Shown here one piece after another: positions 1 through 11,391 of a stretch of DNA of 64,000 nucleotides. A program made the translations under genes and the position numbers. Within the stretch, counting starts at the first letter, position 1; every line of letters begins with the position of its first letter. Origin of the DNA: Octopus vulgaris (taxonomy: Eukaryota); NCBI GenBank assembly GCA_951406725.2, contig OX597843.1:15562001-15626000 (forward strand), given 5' to 3'. Under the pieces are notes generated by a model. It saw nothing but the letters and a program-made list of their open reading frames with translations, did no database searches and was not told the origin of the DNA.

Positions 1-52
1 CTCGGCCCATTGCTGGGCGAGAGTGACCACCCTACTCGTTATCTCGTTCCAG
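1..52 (-). mobile_element. 5'-truncation end of Tx1/L1-clade LINE (family 1), continuing beyond the window start
   Basis: Matches 21968-22019, 31797-31848 and 44076-44127 ([17 protein letters not shown]), followed by (GATA)n. Confidence 0.85.
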
Positions 53-78
53 ATAGATAGATAGATATGTAGATATAT

Positions 79-147
<69 letters not shown>

Positions 148-319
148 GATATAGATAGAAGATCGATTGATTGATCGATAGATAGATCATTTTCTATTGT
201 TGCATCCTTTAAAATTTCAGGAACACAAACCATAGAGCTTCAATTCCCGTTCGCTGTCTTCGATGAGATCCGACAATTCTAATTTATGGCGTAGAATTTA
301 AACCATAGCTGTAAACAAT

Positions 320-465
320 TCCTTACGTTTGTCATCCATTGGGCTGCGCCTATGCTGGGGCACTGCCTTAAAGTGTTTTAGTCGCACAAATCGACCCCAG
401 TATTTGTTGTTAAGCCTGCTGCGTATCCTCGCGATCCCTTCCGCTGATTTGCCTAGAGTTACGCA
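320..465 (-). mobile_element. Decayed 3' part of SINE family 2 (block C; also ~22330, ~32155, ~44410)
   Basis: Reverse complement resembles the gcggttcggcaaaagagaccgatagaa...ggcggtgctccagcatggcc tail of the SINEs at 9384 and 61495. Confidence 0.55.
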
Positions 466-756
466 AATTTATACTTTTGATTTTTTTATTATTATTTACC
501 AGAAAAAAGAAAAACATGAAGGCAATTATGGTCAGCGGCAGGCAATTCTGCATCAGACGTAAATGCTTTGAAAATGACGTGGTAAAAATGTGAAAAGTTT
601 CAAGTGGTTGTAAGGAATTTAACAAGATACCGATCGGCCAAATTACTGGGACGTAAAAAACCGGAACCTCTTCCCAAGCGGTCATAGTGGATAAACTGAA
701 ACACATACACATATACATACACACGCTCACATATACATAGATATATACATATATGT

Positions 757-792
<36 letters not shown>

Positions 793-793
793 A

Positions 794-824
<31 letters not shown>

Positions 825-967
825 ACAAAGTAAGTTTGGGGCTACTAATAAATATATATAATGGAAATATAGGATAGAATTTTTACGAGGATTTATCAAG
901 TAGTTATCGTGAAAAACCTCAGAAAGGATAACTTATTAATTATTCCCTATGAATATATTTATATATA

Positions 968-1245
968 TTAAGGGCATTACTTATACATAAATGTCTCACG
1001 CTAGGAGGGTCTCTTGAAGTCAAAACTACTATAATGCCCACATTGTACAAAACGCGAGGGAATGCAACTCTCAAAGCGAGCCTCCAGAAACAGACGTAGC
1101 TGAACATCATATGATTCCGTAATTAGTGCACAAAATGCACTTTTCACTCATCAGCGCAGCCTTTGTCAAGACATAAAAATTAACAAAAATCAACGTACCA
1201 GACGAACACTTGTATCCTGGCGTTTGATACAATGTGGTTATTATA
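968..1245. mobile_element. Right-truncated copy of TTAA-flanked MITE (also ~22971-23247, ~32792-33069)
   Basis: Same sequence as the complete element at 45045-45383, but the right TIR stops after ggttattata and is joined to Tx1 sequence. Confidence 0.85.
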
Positions 1246-1555
1246 TTCAGGCAGTCATAGATGACGGAAGCGATGTACGCATTCGCCACCTCGACTCGAC
1301 CCTTCACGAACAGCTTCCTCTCTGCCAATTTCTGGGTGAGATCGACTATCCTGTTCGTCACCTCCCACCCGTTGTTGTCCCACCTCGGGGTCTACAGCAG
1401 ACCAGACCCCAAACAGTTTAACCTGTCTTTCACTTTAGCGCCCTACAAACTGTCGGTTGGTATGGGTCTTCCTCTCCATCTGCCGATTTGCAGGCCCACC
1501 GACTTCTCCTGGATAAGCTTTGCTCCTATCAACACTTCGTGGACAGTATTATGAT
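1246..1555 (-). mobile_element. Tx1/L1-clade LINE ORF2 fragment (end of RT/thumb region), degenerate; also 23248-23557 and 33070-33375
   Basis: Translates to TNRIVDLTQKLAERKLFVKGRVEVANAYIASVIY, the LSLKGRV-type motif of L1/Tx1 ORF2. A truncated piece of the longer copy at 10178-11215. Confidence 0.85.
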
Positions 1556-1957
1556 GACGTAGTCCGTGTTAGCTGATACGAACATTCCACATCCTAAGAC
1601 ATATATATATATATATATTATATATATCTATCTGTATTTTAATTATATAATTTCGATTTGAAAATTTCAGTCAGCAGTTTATGATGATTGGCGGTGGAAG
1701 TGGAAGAGTTAAAATGAGAGAGGGGTAGAGGGAGTGATAGAAGAGAGAGAGGGGAAGAAGAGGAGGAGAGTTGATGTGTACGATTGTTCGTGTCTGTGTG
1801 TGTGTGTGTCTCTGTGTGTGATGTAATATATACATAACCCTGCCTAAGCTTTTCTTTAATATGAAACTGGAGTGAATATCGCATTAACGATTGCATTAAA
1901 TGATATAATTTTACTGTGAAGAAGTGAGTGAAATGTTTAGCCGGAAGAAATTTCCAA

Positions 1958-2091
<134 letters not shown>

Positions 2092-2599
2092 GAGCAGCGC
2101 ATGCCATCAAAGTGACACTAGGGTAAAATATACGAAGCCCAGTATACCCATCATGACTACCCGTCTGATAAGGGTACACCAGGCACATGCATCACAACCA
2201 TAAATGCGAAACATGATGATCTCATATCAAGATAAAAAGCACATGACCTTTTAGGTGGGGACCAGTTAGAATTTTCTTCTGGTCGAGTAACCCATCCTGC
2301 TCAAAAGGTCCCTGAGTAAGAGTTGTTTACGGATTTTGAACGAAACACCCATGTTTCCAGAGGTGAATTATTCAAACCCCAAAGAATCCCTCTCAACACA
2401 TGGCTATGATACTCCCCCACTACTTCTGCTTGTGATCAGAGATGCACATATCATCAGCCACTAAGGGACATGCTCAACTGGTTAACGTCGAGCAACTGAC
2501 AAGCAAATCTGTGGTATTGAGCAGAATATTTGCTGGAGCCCATCCCCTATACCAAGAAGATGGGCTACATCTTCGTTCAACATCCTTCAACAACCCTTA
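2092..2599 (-). mobile_element. Unclassified retroposon 3' portion with (AAT)n tail; second copy ~24102-24610
   Basis: ~0.5 kb of non-simple sequence embedded in (TTA)n tracts. Present in A copies 1 and 3, absent from copies 2 and 4. Confidence 0.6.
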
Positions 2600-2600
2600 C

Positions 2601-2668
<68 letters not shown>

Positions 2669-2687
2669 TGCCAATAGGGCCGGCATA

Positions 2688-2920
2688 GCGGTGAGATCTG
2701 GCAGAATCTTTAGTACGTCGGGCGAAATGCTAAGCGGTATTTCTTCTGCCGTTATCTTCGGAGTTCAATTTCCCCCGAGGTCGACTTTGCCTTTCATCCT
2801 TTCGGGGTCGATTAAAGAAGTACCAGTTACGCACTGTGATCGATATAATCGGCTTAATCCGTTTGTCTGTCCTTGTTTGTCTTTTCTGTGTTTAGCCCCT
2901 TGTGGGTAGTAAAGAAACAG
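2688..2920 (+). mobile_element. tRNA-derived SINE family 1 (also ~12057-12290, ~24763-24998, ~34116-34350)
   Basis: Head ggcggtgag(a)gctggcagaa with B-box gagttcaaat, central tttcatcctttcggggtcgat..aagtacc block, tail agccccttgtgggtagtaaagaaa. TSD ga(t/c)acagtaga is visible in copies 2 and 3. Confidence 0.85.
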
Positions 2921-4010
2921 GATACAGTAGACATGGACAGTGGAGATTTAACGCTGAGACAACGAGTACACAGTTAAAAGAATAACAATGATATCCGACA
3001 AAAGAATATAACAATGAAAGTTCGTAATAGGTGCAGGTAATCCCCTGGAGTTGGCTCAGGTACCCCCACCCCAATCCTGAACCACTCGACGCTTCGAGAG
3101 CATCTGGGAAGAACACTCTCCTTTCTTTCAAATTCACTAGCTCAAAGGCGTGTTATTAGAGTAAGTCCACTCACACGTACCATTTTCGCTATTCATCCAC
3201 CTTTTGGCAAATGTACTGGGAGGCAGCACTTCACTCTGCACCCTCATCTTCCTTTCCAAAGAAAATTTGAAAAAGTTGACGAGTGATTGGCCGTAGAGAA
3301 AAGTCTCTGCCTTTAGTCCTTTTAACCTGGTCCACAACACAGCCTCTTTCGCTACTTGCTATTAGACATAAGTAAATTGCCTGACCTTCCGGACTGATTG
3401 AAAGTGGATGATCGATCTTCACTACGGACTCGGCCGATAGATAGAACCACCGTACACGTGATAACAGCTGTTCAACATAACTCCACATGTCAGTAATGCA
3501 AGGACACTGGACGAGTGCGTGCAGAATGATTTCATAGCTCTGCGCACATGTCGGGTAGGTCGGTCAGACAGAACTTCCGTGCTTGTAGAGTTTATCTCGA
3601 ACCGTCAGTGCCCCCCGACAGCACTGCATAACAAGGGACTTCTAGAAGTTATCCATCGTCCCTGTCTTGAAAGTCCTTTTCAACAGACTGGTTAGTTCAA
3701 TTTTGTCAACGCCTAGCGTCTCTCCAAGTGCTTCATCGCACTTTCCCTCCACTAACCCTCCATAGAATTTCAGAGTGGATTTTCTACTGATCGCATTGCC
3801 CACCTGGTAGAGGACAGTGAGTGCCTAGCAACATTCCAGATGCCAGTAACTCTTCCTCGGTCTCTTCTTGACCCACGACTGCAGCTTACTCAAGGAGATG
3901 AGATGTGGAAAAGCCTGTTTGACAAACGATGACCACACCTGTTCACCATTTACGCAGAATGTTTGGAGGTGCCGCAGCCCCAGTGCATGTCTTCCACAGC
4001 ATGCCCAGTG
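2921..4010 (-). mobile_element. Tx1/L1-clade LINE 3' fragment (family 2), degenerate; also ~12291-13352, ~24999-26088, ~34351-35442
   Basis: Translations WTRLKGLKAETFLYGQSLVNFFKF..ERKMRVQ and LHALVQCPCITD(M/L)W are homologous to the zf-RVT C-terminus of the block C LINE. The 3' UTR continues past the SINE to an (AAT)n tail at ~2669. Confidence 0.85.
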
Positions 4011-4174
4011 TTCCGGAAATCGGAAAGCGAAAGCACAAAAACGAAAATTTGAAAAGGGAAAAGTAAAAACAGCATTTAAGAGTTCTCCTTGTTAGACCTT
4101 GAATTATAAGGCTAATAAAATATCAAAAATCTAATCAAGAATAGACGGAATTTTTCAGTTCTTCAAAATATATT

Positions 4175-4440
4175 TATACTTGACAACGACTGAAAATTCC
4201 CGACCTAGAGTCCAATAGAGAATTAAGCATCTTAGATCTGAACAGGATATGCACTCTTTCAGCTGAACAATGTTTATATTTATTCGATCCATTCACATAA
4301 GTTATTGATTCTCAATTACTTCCCATCCAGTCACATGTGGTGTTTCGTTTTCTTCCAAACTTAGCCAGTTTCGTAGCTTTACTTTTGGCCTATATCGGAA
4401 GGGGATTATGTGATTGGCATAACGACTTTAAAATTCACCT
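4175..4440 (-). mobile_element. Penelope-like element GIY-YIG endonuclease C-terminal fragment (also ~13517-13782, ~26250-26515, ~35605-35870)
   Basis: Manual translation with frameshifts: EFQSRYANHIIPFRH..WLSLEENETP..GWEVIE / TYVNGSNKYKHCLAERVHILF..LLDSRSGIFSRC. Fits the PLE pattern FKxRYxNH..W..CxLCxxEK..LLNxRSE..CRH. Confidence 0.7.
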
Positions 4441-4859
4441 TTAAATAAGCAAAAGAATAAAAGAATAAAAGATTGTGTGTGTGTGTGTGTACATGCATAC
4501 AAAAATACACCCACATACGCACGGATATGTACATAAGCGCGCACACACACACTCATAGGCGTATGGATTATTGTTTCGGTAAGTTGTGTCCACGAGAAAG
4601 ACACTTCCAGTGCTCTCATCTGAAAAGCACCAGCATTAACCAGGGGTTAACATTGCGACAGACTGGTATCCGGTGTGTTGTATCCTTGTGTGTTGAAATA
4701 CGTTCGATACCGAGATATACTGGGGCCTAATGAGCCTGTAGATCAGGCAGAGAATTTAGCTTAGAAAATACTTTAATGTAGACATTTAGGCATGCGCAGT
4801 CAAGTGTTTGTGTAACGTTTATGGAGGAAAAGTCGATATGAATATGACAAAAAAAGAAA

Positions 4860-5340
4860 CACCGTATTTTCCGGTGTATAAGCCGCTATTTTTTACCTGG
4901 GAAATTTAGTGTGCCGCTTAGAGAAAGGTGCGCCTAATGTGTGTAACTTTTTTTATAGTTCCAGGAGGAAAATAATTTGTGTATGGAGATCGAATGATTC
5001 CACTGATTTTTTTGGAGGAAAGGTCGGTCGATGAAAGACTATTGCTACAGGACATTTGTGCCTGGAAGAAAACAAAGCACATTTGTTTTGTTTTAACTTC
5101 ATGTTTTGATAATGTTTTTTTTTTATCCAATAAAGAATTTAATATTGACGGAAGGTGTTTGTTGCTGATTATAGTAAGATAAAATTAAAAAAATCAACAA
5201 TACATCTCAAAGTTGAAGAATAAAACATTTTGAAAATACATACACATCAACAACAACAAAGCTAGCAGCGGTCACGTGGTTCCATAAGTCTTTATAAAAC
5301 ACCGGTAGGCTTTATGTGTGGATAAAAACCAAAATTTTCC
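4860..5340 (+). mobile_element. Tc1/pogo-like DNA transposon remnant (one per A block)
   Basis: Starts with TIR-like ccgtattttccggtgtataagccgc. Internal VDERLLLQDICAWKK weakly recalls a pogo N-terminal HTH. The right end is degenerate. Confidence 0.45.
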
Positions 5341-5559
5341 CCAAAATCCCAAGCTAAACTTCACAATACAATAATACAAACATTAATAAGCCACCTCAAT
5401 TGTATAATACTAATCTTAAGCCAACATTCTACAACCCTGTCTACGAGACGACAAATATTAGTTCCATTACAACCTCTCAATCCGATACTAATATAAATCC
5501 TAATTTAGATTCTCCCCACTAACAACAAACCAACCAACATCAACATTACTAATAGTAAA

Positions 5560-5975
5560 CCCCAACCACTTGCAACTGTCGCGCTTCTGAAATATACGGT
5601 ATGCAGACACCTGTCTCCTCAAAAGCGTAATCTATAAGTGCCACGTGATTACCCCATGCACCCACCAGGCAAGGGTGTATATTAATGGCACTGAGGATTT
5701 TCAATGTCGTTGTCGTGCTCATATGTATTCTTTCACTAATCCCAAATCTAAACTATTTCAATCTTTAGCAACACACATATACAACCTCAATTCAAAACAA
5801 TGTCCAACACGCTCTATCGTGGTCCATAGTATGTGAAGCTCCCCTCTACAACACAAATATAGGTAAATGTATGTTATGTATAAAAGGGTCATTAACTATT
5901 CTTCGCCTCCACAACTCCTCACTGTTAAATTCTCTGACGTTATTTTTTATCGTAAGCATAAATACTGCCCGACAT
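5560..5975 (+). mobile_element. Penelope-like element zinc-knuckle plus GIY-YIG fragment (also ~14905-15315, ~27640-28045, ~36990-37395)
   Basis: Manual translation: [70 protein letters not shown]. Matches the PLE order CNCR / VIY / YIG / CxLC. Confidence 0.75.
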
Positions 5976-6100
5976 TCATGCACTTCCCTAATTCCAAATA
6001 AATAAAGCTGTAATGTAAAACAAGTGTCAACCTGACAATCGACAAGTGAACACATTCCAAATAGCAAATATGTGTGTGTGTGTCTATGTATACATATATG

Positions 6101-6193
<93 letters not shown>

Positions 6194-6712
6194 CATATGC
6201 AATACATATGAAATATCCAAAATTGCATTTACAAATACATAATATATACATACAAGCTCTTACATACATACATGCAAACACACACACATATACGCACAAT
6301 ATATATACATATAAACTCCTACATTAATACACAGTATTAAAAACATTAAGTAGTCAGCATATATATATAGATACCTACAGAAATATAAATATATATAACA
6401 CGCATCCCAAATTTATTCCAAGTATTATGATCAATCGATTTTTCATCCTCCTCTCAGCCTCCTAAATCTCTCCAACACACATCACAAATTTCTTCAAATT
6501 TTTGCTTTTCAACCGTCTCTACTCTCATTTGACCCTTCTCGGCTTCAAACAATAATTAACAAAAGTCAAATACTAAGAAAAATACCGACCCGATTTTTTG
6601 TACTACTAACATTCTTAACCACTCCCTCGTACCTGAAAAGTGTCCATAAAAAATACTCCACGTAATTTGAGATGGAATTGCTGTTTCATTATTGTACCAG
6701 CTAGAAGGGGAT

Positions 6713-6925
6713 ACTCCTTCAACATTCAGATGAATTACTTATTTATTCCCATCGTTTAAAATTAAACATACGTTATCTTCTAGCTTTGAGATTTTGATTA
6801 TGTGATTGCTTACTTTTAGAATAACTTTGCATGGTGGTTGTGAAAGGGCTAATGTGTTCAGTTTCCACAGAAAACAGGAAGAATATTTGGGCCCGACGTG
6901 GCCAGTGCCAATGCTAATGGGTTAA
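6713..6925 (-). mobile_element. piggyBac-like MITE, decayed (one per A block)
   Basis: Reverse complement starts ttaacccattagcatt..ggccacgtcgggcccaaatattcttcctg, homologous to 49508-49736. Confidence 0.6.
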
Positions 6926-7244
6926 CTGAAAATTACTGAAGTAAAAATAAAAGCATAAAAAAACATTTTAGGTAATTTGGGGACCCAAATTAATGAGGTC
7001 TTAAGGGTGGTGAACCTTTTTATCCCATCCTTAATGCCGTTGAGGAGACTGGACAATGGCCAATAGAAGGCCGATATAATATAATGAAAATCGTAACTTA
7101 CCAATAAAGTGCTGTTAGTCTCTGTTCGTAAGAGGTAGTGAATGTTTATATATATCTATATATATATATATATGTGCGCATATATATATATTGCGTCATT
7201 TGTATATTTACCATACATTTTTTCATTGAAGTAGCACACAATTA

Positions 7245-7303
<59 letters not shown>

Positions 7304-7467
7304 AAATATAGATTGGCGTCTTTATTTCTCATTATATGAATCCGATATGAAAAGTTTGCGTCAGCAGTCAAAGATGGGCGTTGATAGTGGAAGAGTGTAA
7401 ATGAGAGAGGGGAAAGAAAGTGATAGAAAGAGAGAGAGAGAGGGAGGGAGAAAGAAGAAAAAGAGGG

Positions 7468-7504
<37 letters not shown>

Positions 7505-7773
7505 TGTGATGCTATTAGCTACATAACCATGTACTAAGGATTTGGTGAGATTGATACATTTTAATTCCCTTCACTTACTCAGTATACCCTCCTTCTTCCC
7601 CGATATTAGCATTCCAGCAGAAATGGAGAAATGAAAATTATGTCACTGTCTGGTGTTGCATGTGTGTATGTATGTGTGTGTGTGTATATGCGTAACTGCA
7701 TGAGACTGTTTACATCCGCGTAACTGAAATTAACTTGAAATAATCTAAGTACTATTTTACAAATTGTGATATC

Positions 7774-7807
<34 letters not shown>

Positions 7808-7874
7808 TATATATATATATATAAACACGCACACACAGTTATCAGAATTATATAAACGTATATATTCATGTATT

Positions 7875-7928
<54 letters not shown>

Positions 7929-8106
7929 AGTAGGTGAATGAATTATTCTAGCATGGAAAATTCGTTTAACCGATACCTGGGTAGCAAATTCACGTCGGAA
8001 AACACAGTTGAAGTGACCTGTCAAGGGTAGAAACTCCGGGTTCTTTTGTGCAAATTTGTGTTATTTATATGAATAAATGAAAGAATGGAGTCGAACGAGG
8101 TTTTTA

Positions 8107-8189
8107 CTCTCGACACATGTTTCGAAGACGGCATAATTTTAATTCCGAAGGAATAAATGGTGCATTATGCCATCTTCTCATCAGGAAAG
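8107..8189 (-). ncRNA. Type I hammerhead ribozyme, copy 1
   Basis: Minus strand: CUUUC-CUGAUGA-[14 bp stem II GAAGAUGGCAUAAU/AUUAUGCCGUCUUC]-GAAA-C-AUGU-GUC-GAGAG. All core nucleotides match the consensus; stem I is 5 bp; the cleavage triplet is GUC. Confidence 0.8.
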
Positions 8190-9237
8190 ATTAAGAGCCT
8201 CTTTCAGCCACAAGACGAACAAAATTTTTGATGATTGCCTACATGGTGACCACAGTGACAATGAGTGTTTTTTTTAAATAATCCGTTATAAGCAATGACT
8301 TAAAAAATGGGTAGAAGGAGGGAGTAGTAAAAATAGGTAGGGGACAATATGTATGCTGTATGTATGATGATGTGCGGGTGTGTGCTTGTGTTAATGATTG
8401 CGAGTGATTGTGTATGTGTATGAGTGTGTATATAACTGCATTTGTGTCTGTGTGTGTATGTGTTATTGTGTGTGTGAGGTAGACAAACGTGAAATACACT
8501 TAGTAGTAAGGTGTGAAATTTGTGTCTGTGTGTTTGATCGTGCGTGTTATAGAGAGGGAGATATATATATATATATATATATACATACGTCAAAGAAATT
8601 TAGTAGCTATGGAACATAAAATCGTTTAAAGGCGACATTAACCGGAAATTATTAAAATATTGTTATACGATCAGACGATAGATTTTTCATCTGTTAGAAT
8701 CATCTCACTTTTGCTCGTAACTATTGATCATCGATCTCTTCCCAAATACAATGTCAAAAGCCAACATTAAAATGAAGTACATTTCTAAATTCTTTGTTAG
8801 ACCCTCCAGTGTTCACATTGTCATCCACCATTCTCTTCCTGAAGAATCTCTGAAGCTTAAGCTGGATGTGCTAGAAATAGCAGCCAAATATTTCCTGTGA
8901 GCAGACGATAGATTCATTTAACGATAGTGTCACTTCAGAAAATCAAGTTATCAATAACGATAATAATTTAAATGGTATATATAATGATTGACATGGAAGC
9001 AAACGATACAAATTCATTTAACAATAGGTCGTTTCAGAAAATTACGTTTGTGAAATAAAGTATATGATAAAGAAATTATAACAATTCTGAAGAGGAATTA
9101 TAGGTTTTAGCAGCTTTAAAGTTATGGGAAAAGAATTTTCGTAATCAAAGTAGCAATATTTTATACGAAAGAAGGATGACAGGCGAGGATTTTGTGGTGT
9201 GAAGGGTCTGCAAGTGTATACGTCCTGGTGTGTGTGT

Positions 9238-9288
<51 letters not shown>

Positions 9289-9383
9289 TGCCTGTGTGTG
9301 TGTGTTTGTGCCTGTGTGTGTGTGATGCACTGAGATATATAACGATTATAATAATTGACACAATTATATTCCAAACTTCTATA

Positions 9384-9790
9384 GGCGCGGCAGTGGCTGT
9401 GTGGTAAGTAGCTTGCTTACCAACCACATTGTTCCGGGTTCAATCCCACTGCGTGGCACTTTGGGAGAGCGTCTTCTACTATAGCCTCGGGCCGACTAAA
9501 GCCTTGTGAGTGGATTTAGTAGACGGAAACTGAAAGAAGCCCGTTGTATATATGCATATATATATATTTCTATGTGTGTGTTTGTGTGTCAGTGTTAGTC
9601 CCGCCTTCCCCCAAACATCGCTTGGAAACCGATGCTGGTGTGTTTATGTCCCTGTAAGTTAGCGGTTCGGCAAAAGAGACCGATAGAAGAAGTACTAGGC
9701 TTACATGAATAAGTCCTTGGGTCGATTTACTCGACAAAAGGCGGTGCTCAATCACGGCCACATTAAAATCACTGAAACAAGTAAAAGAGT
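9384..9790 (+). mobile_element. tRNA-derived SINE family 2 (also ~18659-19060, ~40947-41350)
   Basis: A-box tggctgtgtgg, B-box ggttcaatccc, internal (TA)/(TG) microsatellite, tail actgaaacaagtaaaaga. The same family recurs at 46973, 48593 and 60964. Confidence 0.9.
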
Positions 9791-10177
9791 AAAAAAGAGA
9801 GAGAGAGAGCTCATCTGTACCCAAACATTCAATAGTTTGATGTCCTATTTTCATAGGAGTGAGGGGAAGAGGGAGAGGAAAACATGCAGGGGCCACTAAA
9901 CTGTTTAACGTATTTGTATCTGAGAAAGTCTCCAGTATTCTTGATGCCTTCTGCAAAAAGTGAAAGATAAAAAAGGAAATTGAAAAAAAACTAATTGTCT
10001 TCCAGTATCTGTGTGTGTGTCTGTGTGCGTGTGTGTGTGTGTGTCTGTGTGTGTTTGTGTGTGATGCAATGAGATACATAACCATATCTATGAGTTTCTT
10101 TTATATAAAACTGAAGTGAATATTAATGATAATATGAAATGATAATATTAAATGACATAATTTCATTGTGAAGAAGG

Positions 10178-11215
10178 TTTAGTCTTCAATGTTTTCAGTC
10201 TCGTCCACCACTCTACTTCTTTAGCCACCGGGCAGAAGAAACTGCTTTTCCATCCCGGCCTAAAGAAGGTGGCGGGGCGATCTTTACAATGAACTCGGCT
10301 CGTAAACTGGACGGATGAGTGCATGCAGGACTACTTCATCGCCCTGCGCACAACCCAAACATATCCGTCCGACAACACTTTCGTATCTGTAGAGCTTGTC
10401 TTGAATCGGCAGAGCTCCCCGGTAGCACCACCAGGCCAGGGATTCCTGGAAGTTAAAGACCAGTTAGTTGATTCCCTCAACCTACGCCCAGAATTTACCT
10501 CGATTTCTTCGTTGTTCTTTCCCCTCTCCTAATTCCCTATAGAAATCTATAGTGGAACTATCAACGACCGCGTTGCCCGACAGGCAGAAAGCTGTGAAAG
10601 CTTGCCGAGACTCCAGGTGCCAAGCGCCCTTTCTTGGCCAACGCTTGACTCAGTACTGTAGCTTCTTCAGTGAGACGAGCTGCGGAAAGACCCGCTTCAC
10701 AAACAGTCAATCCCCCATGCTCACCGTTAAAGAAACGCAGGAGATGTCGCAGTCTCAGCGTATGTCTGCGAATCATTAGCAATGACATGTCCAGTACTCC
10801 ACTGAGAGGTAGCTTACAGCAGATGGACCGTCTGTAGAGCGGAACACGTCCCTTCTTTAGAAAGCGGAATAACAAACGCTCTAACTTTATCGGGCATGGG
10901 ACTACATTCAGGCAGTCATAGATGACGGAAGGGATGTACGCATTCGCCACTTCGACTCGACCCTTCACGAACAGCTTCCTCTCTGCCAACTTCTGGGTGA
11001 GATCGACTATCCTGTTCGTCACCTTCCACACGTTGTTGTCCACCCCGAGGTCAAGAGCAAACCAGAACCCAAGCAGTTTAACCTGTCTTTCCGTCTAGCG
11101 CCCTACAAACTGTCGGTTGGTATGGGTCTGCCTCTCCAACTGCCAATTTGCAGGCCCACCGACTTCTCTTGGAAAAGCTTTGCTCCTATCAACGCTTCGT
11201 GGACAGTATTATGAT
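10178..11215 (-). mobile_element. Tx1/L1-clade LINE ORF2 fragment, degenerate (block D running into A copy 2)
   Basis: ORF 10561-11043 KGRVEVANAYIPSVIY..KLERLLFRFL..RRSICCKLPLSGVLDM..RRHTLRLRHL aligns with the 20939-21961 protein. Confidence 0.9.
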
Positions 11216-11299
11216 GACACAGTCCGTGTTAGCTGATACGAACATTCCACATCCTAAAACACATATATATAAATATATATATATATATATATGTATATG

Positions 11300-11391
<92 letters not shown>

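Noticed and set aside
1090-1165. Hammerhead-like CUGAUGA on the minus strand inside the MITE
   Set aside because: Followed by GGAA rather than GAAA, with no proper NUH or stem I.
6974-7034. Small palindromes (aatttggg/cccaaatt; ttaagggtgg/ccatccttaa)
   Set aside because: Too short to distinguish from chance or a MITE remnant.
9080-9150. CUGAAGA on the plus strand as a hammerhead
   Set aside because: No GAAA box after the putative stem II.
9384-9460. tRNA gene
   Set aside because: A and B boxes are present but they run into a SINE body repeated many times; no convincing cloverleaf.
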